A DNA stretch of 64,000 nucleotides, taken from NCBI GenBank assembly GCA_038852285.1, contig JAWCKG010000005.1:16812-80811 (forward strand). The letters are read 5' to 3'. The notes below the pieces were generated by a model. The model saw only the letters and a program-made list of their open reading frames with translations. It had not been told where the DNA came from and did not search any database. Position numbers and translations under genes: made by a program. Below, piece by piece: positions 62,680-64,000 of the stretch. Numbering within the stretch: position 1 is the stretch's first letter; every line of letters starts with the position of its first letter. Source of the stretch: Candidatus Bathyarchaeia archaeon. GTDB lineage: Archaea; Thermoproteota; Bathyarchaeia; 40CM-2-53-6; DTGE01.

Positions 62680-64000
62680 TTAACCTTTGGTCACCCCTAG
62701 GGGCGTTAACCTAGCGACCTTTCTGGCGACGCCGAGCCTATGGCTGACCTCGGCCACTCTGTCGACGTCTTTATAGGCGTCAGGAGCCTCCTCGCTTACT
62801 ACGGCCATGCTGGCGGCTCTGATCATGATCCCTTGATTTTCAAGGCTTTTTTTCACTTCTCCTCCCCAAAACCTCTTTTTAGAGGCGGCTCTGCTCAGGA
62901 TTCTTCCAGCTCCATGAGCCGTGGATCCGAAGCTCAGCTTCATCCCCGCTTCTGACCCTACCAAGAGCCATGAGCTTGTCCCCATGCTTCCAGGTATCAG
63001 CACGGGCTGTCCGACACCTCGATATTTAGCTGGAACCTTAACGTGGCCTGATGGAAAGGCCCTAGTGGCACCTTTACGGTGGACACACACTGTTTTCATT
63101 CCACCGTCGACTTCATGGTCCTCGATTTTAGCTATATTGTGGGCGACGTCGTAAATGAGACTCATTCCCAACGCGTCAGCGCTCTTCCCCAACACCTTCT
63201 CGAAAACCTCCCTGGTCCAATGTGTGATCATCTGCCTGTTCGCCCAAGCGAAGTTGCATGCTGCGGCCATCGCTGGCAAGTAATCCTCTGCCTCCTTGCT
63301 CTTCAATGGAGCGCAGGCAAGCTGTATATCAGGGAGAGGTATGTTGTATTTTCTCACAGCCCTCTCCATCACCCTAATGTAGTCATCGCAGACCTGATGG
63401 CCGAATCCTCTGCTTCCCGTGTGGACGAGAACCATTACCTGCCCCACCCGCTCGACGCCGAAAGCCTGCGCGCATTTTTCATCGTAAATCTTGTCCACCC
63501 TATCGATCTCCAAGAAGTGGTTTCCACTACCCAGACTTCCCAGCTGTGGCATTCCTCGACTCTTCGCTGTCGAGGAAACCTTATCGGGATCCGCTCCATC
63601 CATGCATCCGTTTTCTTCGCAGTGGAGCTGGTCTTCGCTCCAACCGTATCCCCTATCGATCGCCCATTGAACGCCGTCGACAACAACCTTGTTTAACTCG
63701 GTTTCCGTAACCTTGATTTTACCTCGGCTGCCTAGGCCGCATGGAATGTAATTGAAGAGAAGGTCGATTAGCTTCGAGAGAACAGGCTTTACATCATGTT
63801 CGTTCAAACTCGTCCTTATAAGCCTCGCCCCGCAGTTTATGTCATAACCCACCCCACCTGGACTCACCACGCCTTCATCGAAGTCTGTAGCGGCCACTCC
63901 GCCGATGGGAAATCCATAACCCTCGTGACCGTCGGGCAGGGTTATTGCCCATTTATATATCCCAGGCAAATGTGCCACATTGGCGCATTGCTCTATTGTG
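62680..64000 (-). CDS. rtcB: tRNA-splicing ligase RtcB (5' end outside window)
   Basis: 'LPDGHEGYGFPIGG', 'GYDINCG', 'GSGNHF', 'HTGSRG', 'HRKGATRA', 'HGAGR', 'EEAP.AYK'. The frame is open to the window edge. Confidence 0.97.
   Translation of the reverse strand, partial: TIEQCANVAHLPGIYKWAITLPDGHEGYGFPIGGVAATDFDEGVVSPGGVGYDINCGARLIRTSLNEHDVKPVLSKLIDLLFNYIPCGLGSRGKIKVTETELNKVVVDGVQWAIDRGYGWSEDQLHCEENGCMDGADPDKVSSTAKSRGMPQLGSLGSGNHFLEIDRVDKIYDEKCAQAFGVERVGQVMVLVHTGSRGFGHQVCDDYIRVMERAVRKYNIPLPDIQLACAPLKSKEAEDYLPAMAAACNFAWANRQMITHWTREVFEKVLGKSADALGMSLIYDVAHNIAKIEDHEVDGGMKTVCVHRKGATRAFPSGHVKVPAKYRGVGQPVLIPGSMGTSSWLLVGSEAGMKLSFGSTAHGAGRILSRAASKKRFWGGEVKKSLENQGIMIRAASMAVVSEEAPDAYKDVDRVAEVSHRLGVARKVARLTPLGVTKG

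Noticed and set aside
244..63696. The many 60-200 aa ORFs nested antisense or out of frame within called genes
   Set aside because: Shadow ORFs with no recognisable motifs, fully overlapping well-supported genes.

Overview
Archaeal chromosomal DNA: archaeal-type uL2/uS19, a group II chaperonin, an intron-containing tRNA-Leu(UAG), TATA boxes and GAGGTG ribosome-binding sites. Gene content suggests Bathyarchaeia or a similar anaerobic TACK lineage (inference). Anaerobic catabolism dominates: a complete hdrCBA-mvhDGA operon, a tungsten AOR, two ADP-forming acyl-CoA synthetase pairs, two further HdrD-like (CCG) modules, aconitase, a DRE-TIM synthase, LarA and two ABC transporters. The best candidate for a new system is a tight five-gene operon (51862-59343) with a palindromic operator. 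It joins an ADP-forming acyl-CoA synthetase to a PadB/PadC-like phenylacetyl-CoA:acceptor oxidoreductase and has a soluble LUD-HdrD fusion in place of the membrane anchor PadD, suggesting thiol/disulfide-coupled arylacetate oxidation. Other notable items: an oxyanion-type ABC transporter coupled to two DUF47 proteins, a chaperonin with degenerate ATPase motifs, an uncalled 50-aa zinc-ribbon gene, a candidate pseudoknotted ncRNA, a 216-bp MITE-like element, an apparent ATC start codon and five pseudogenes. All family assignments come from motif recognition by eye; no searches were run.
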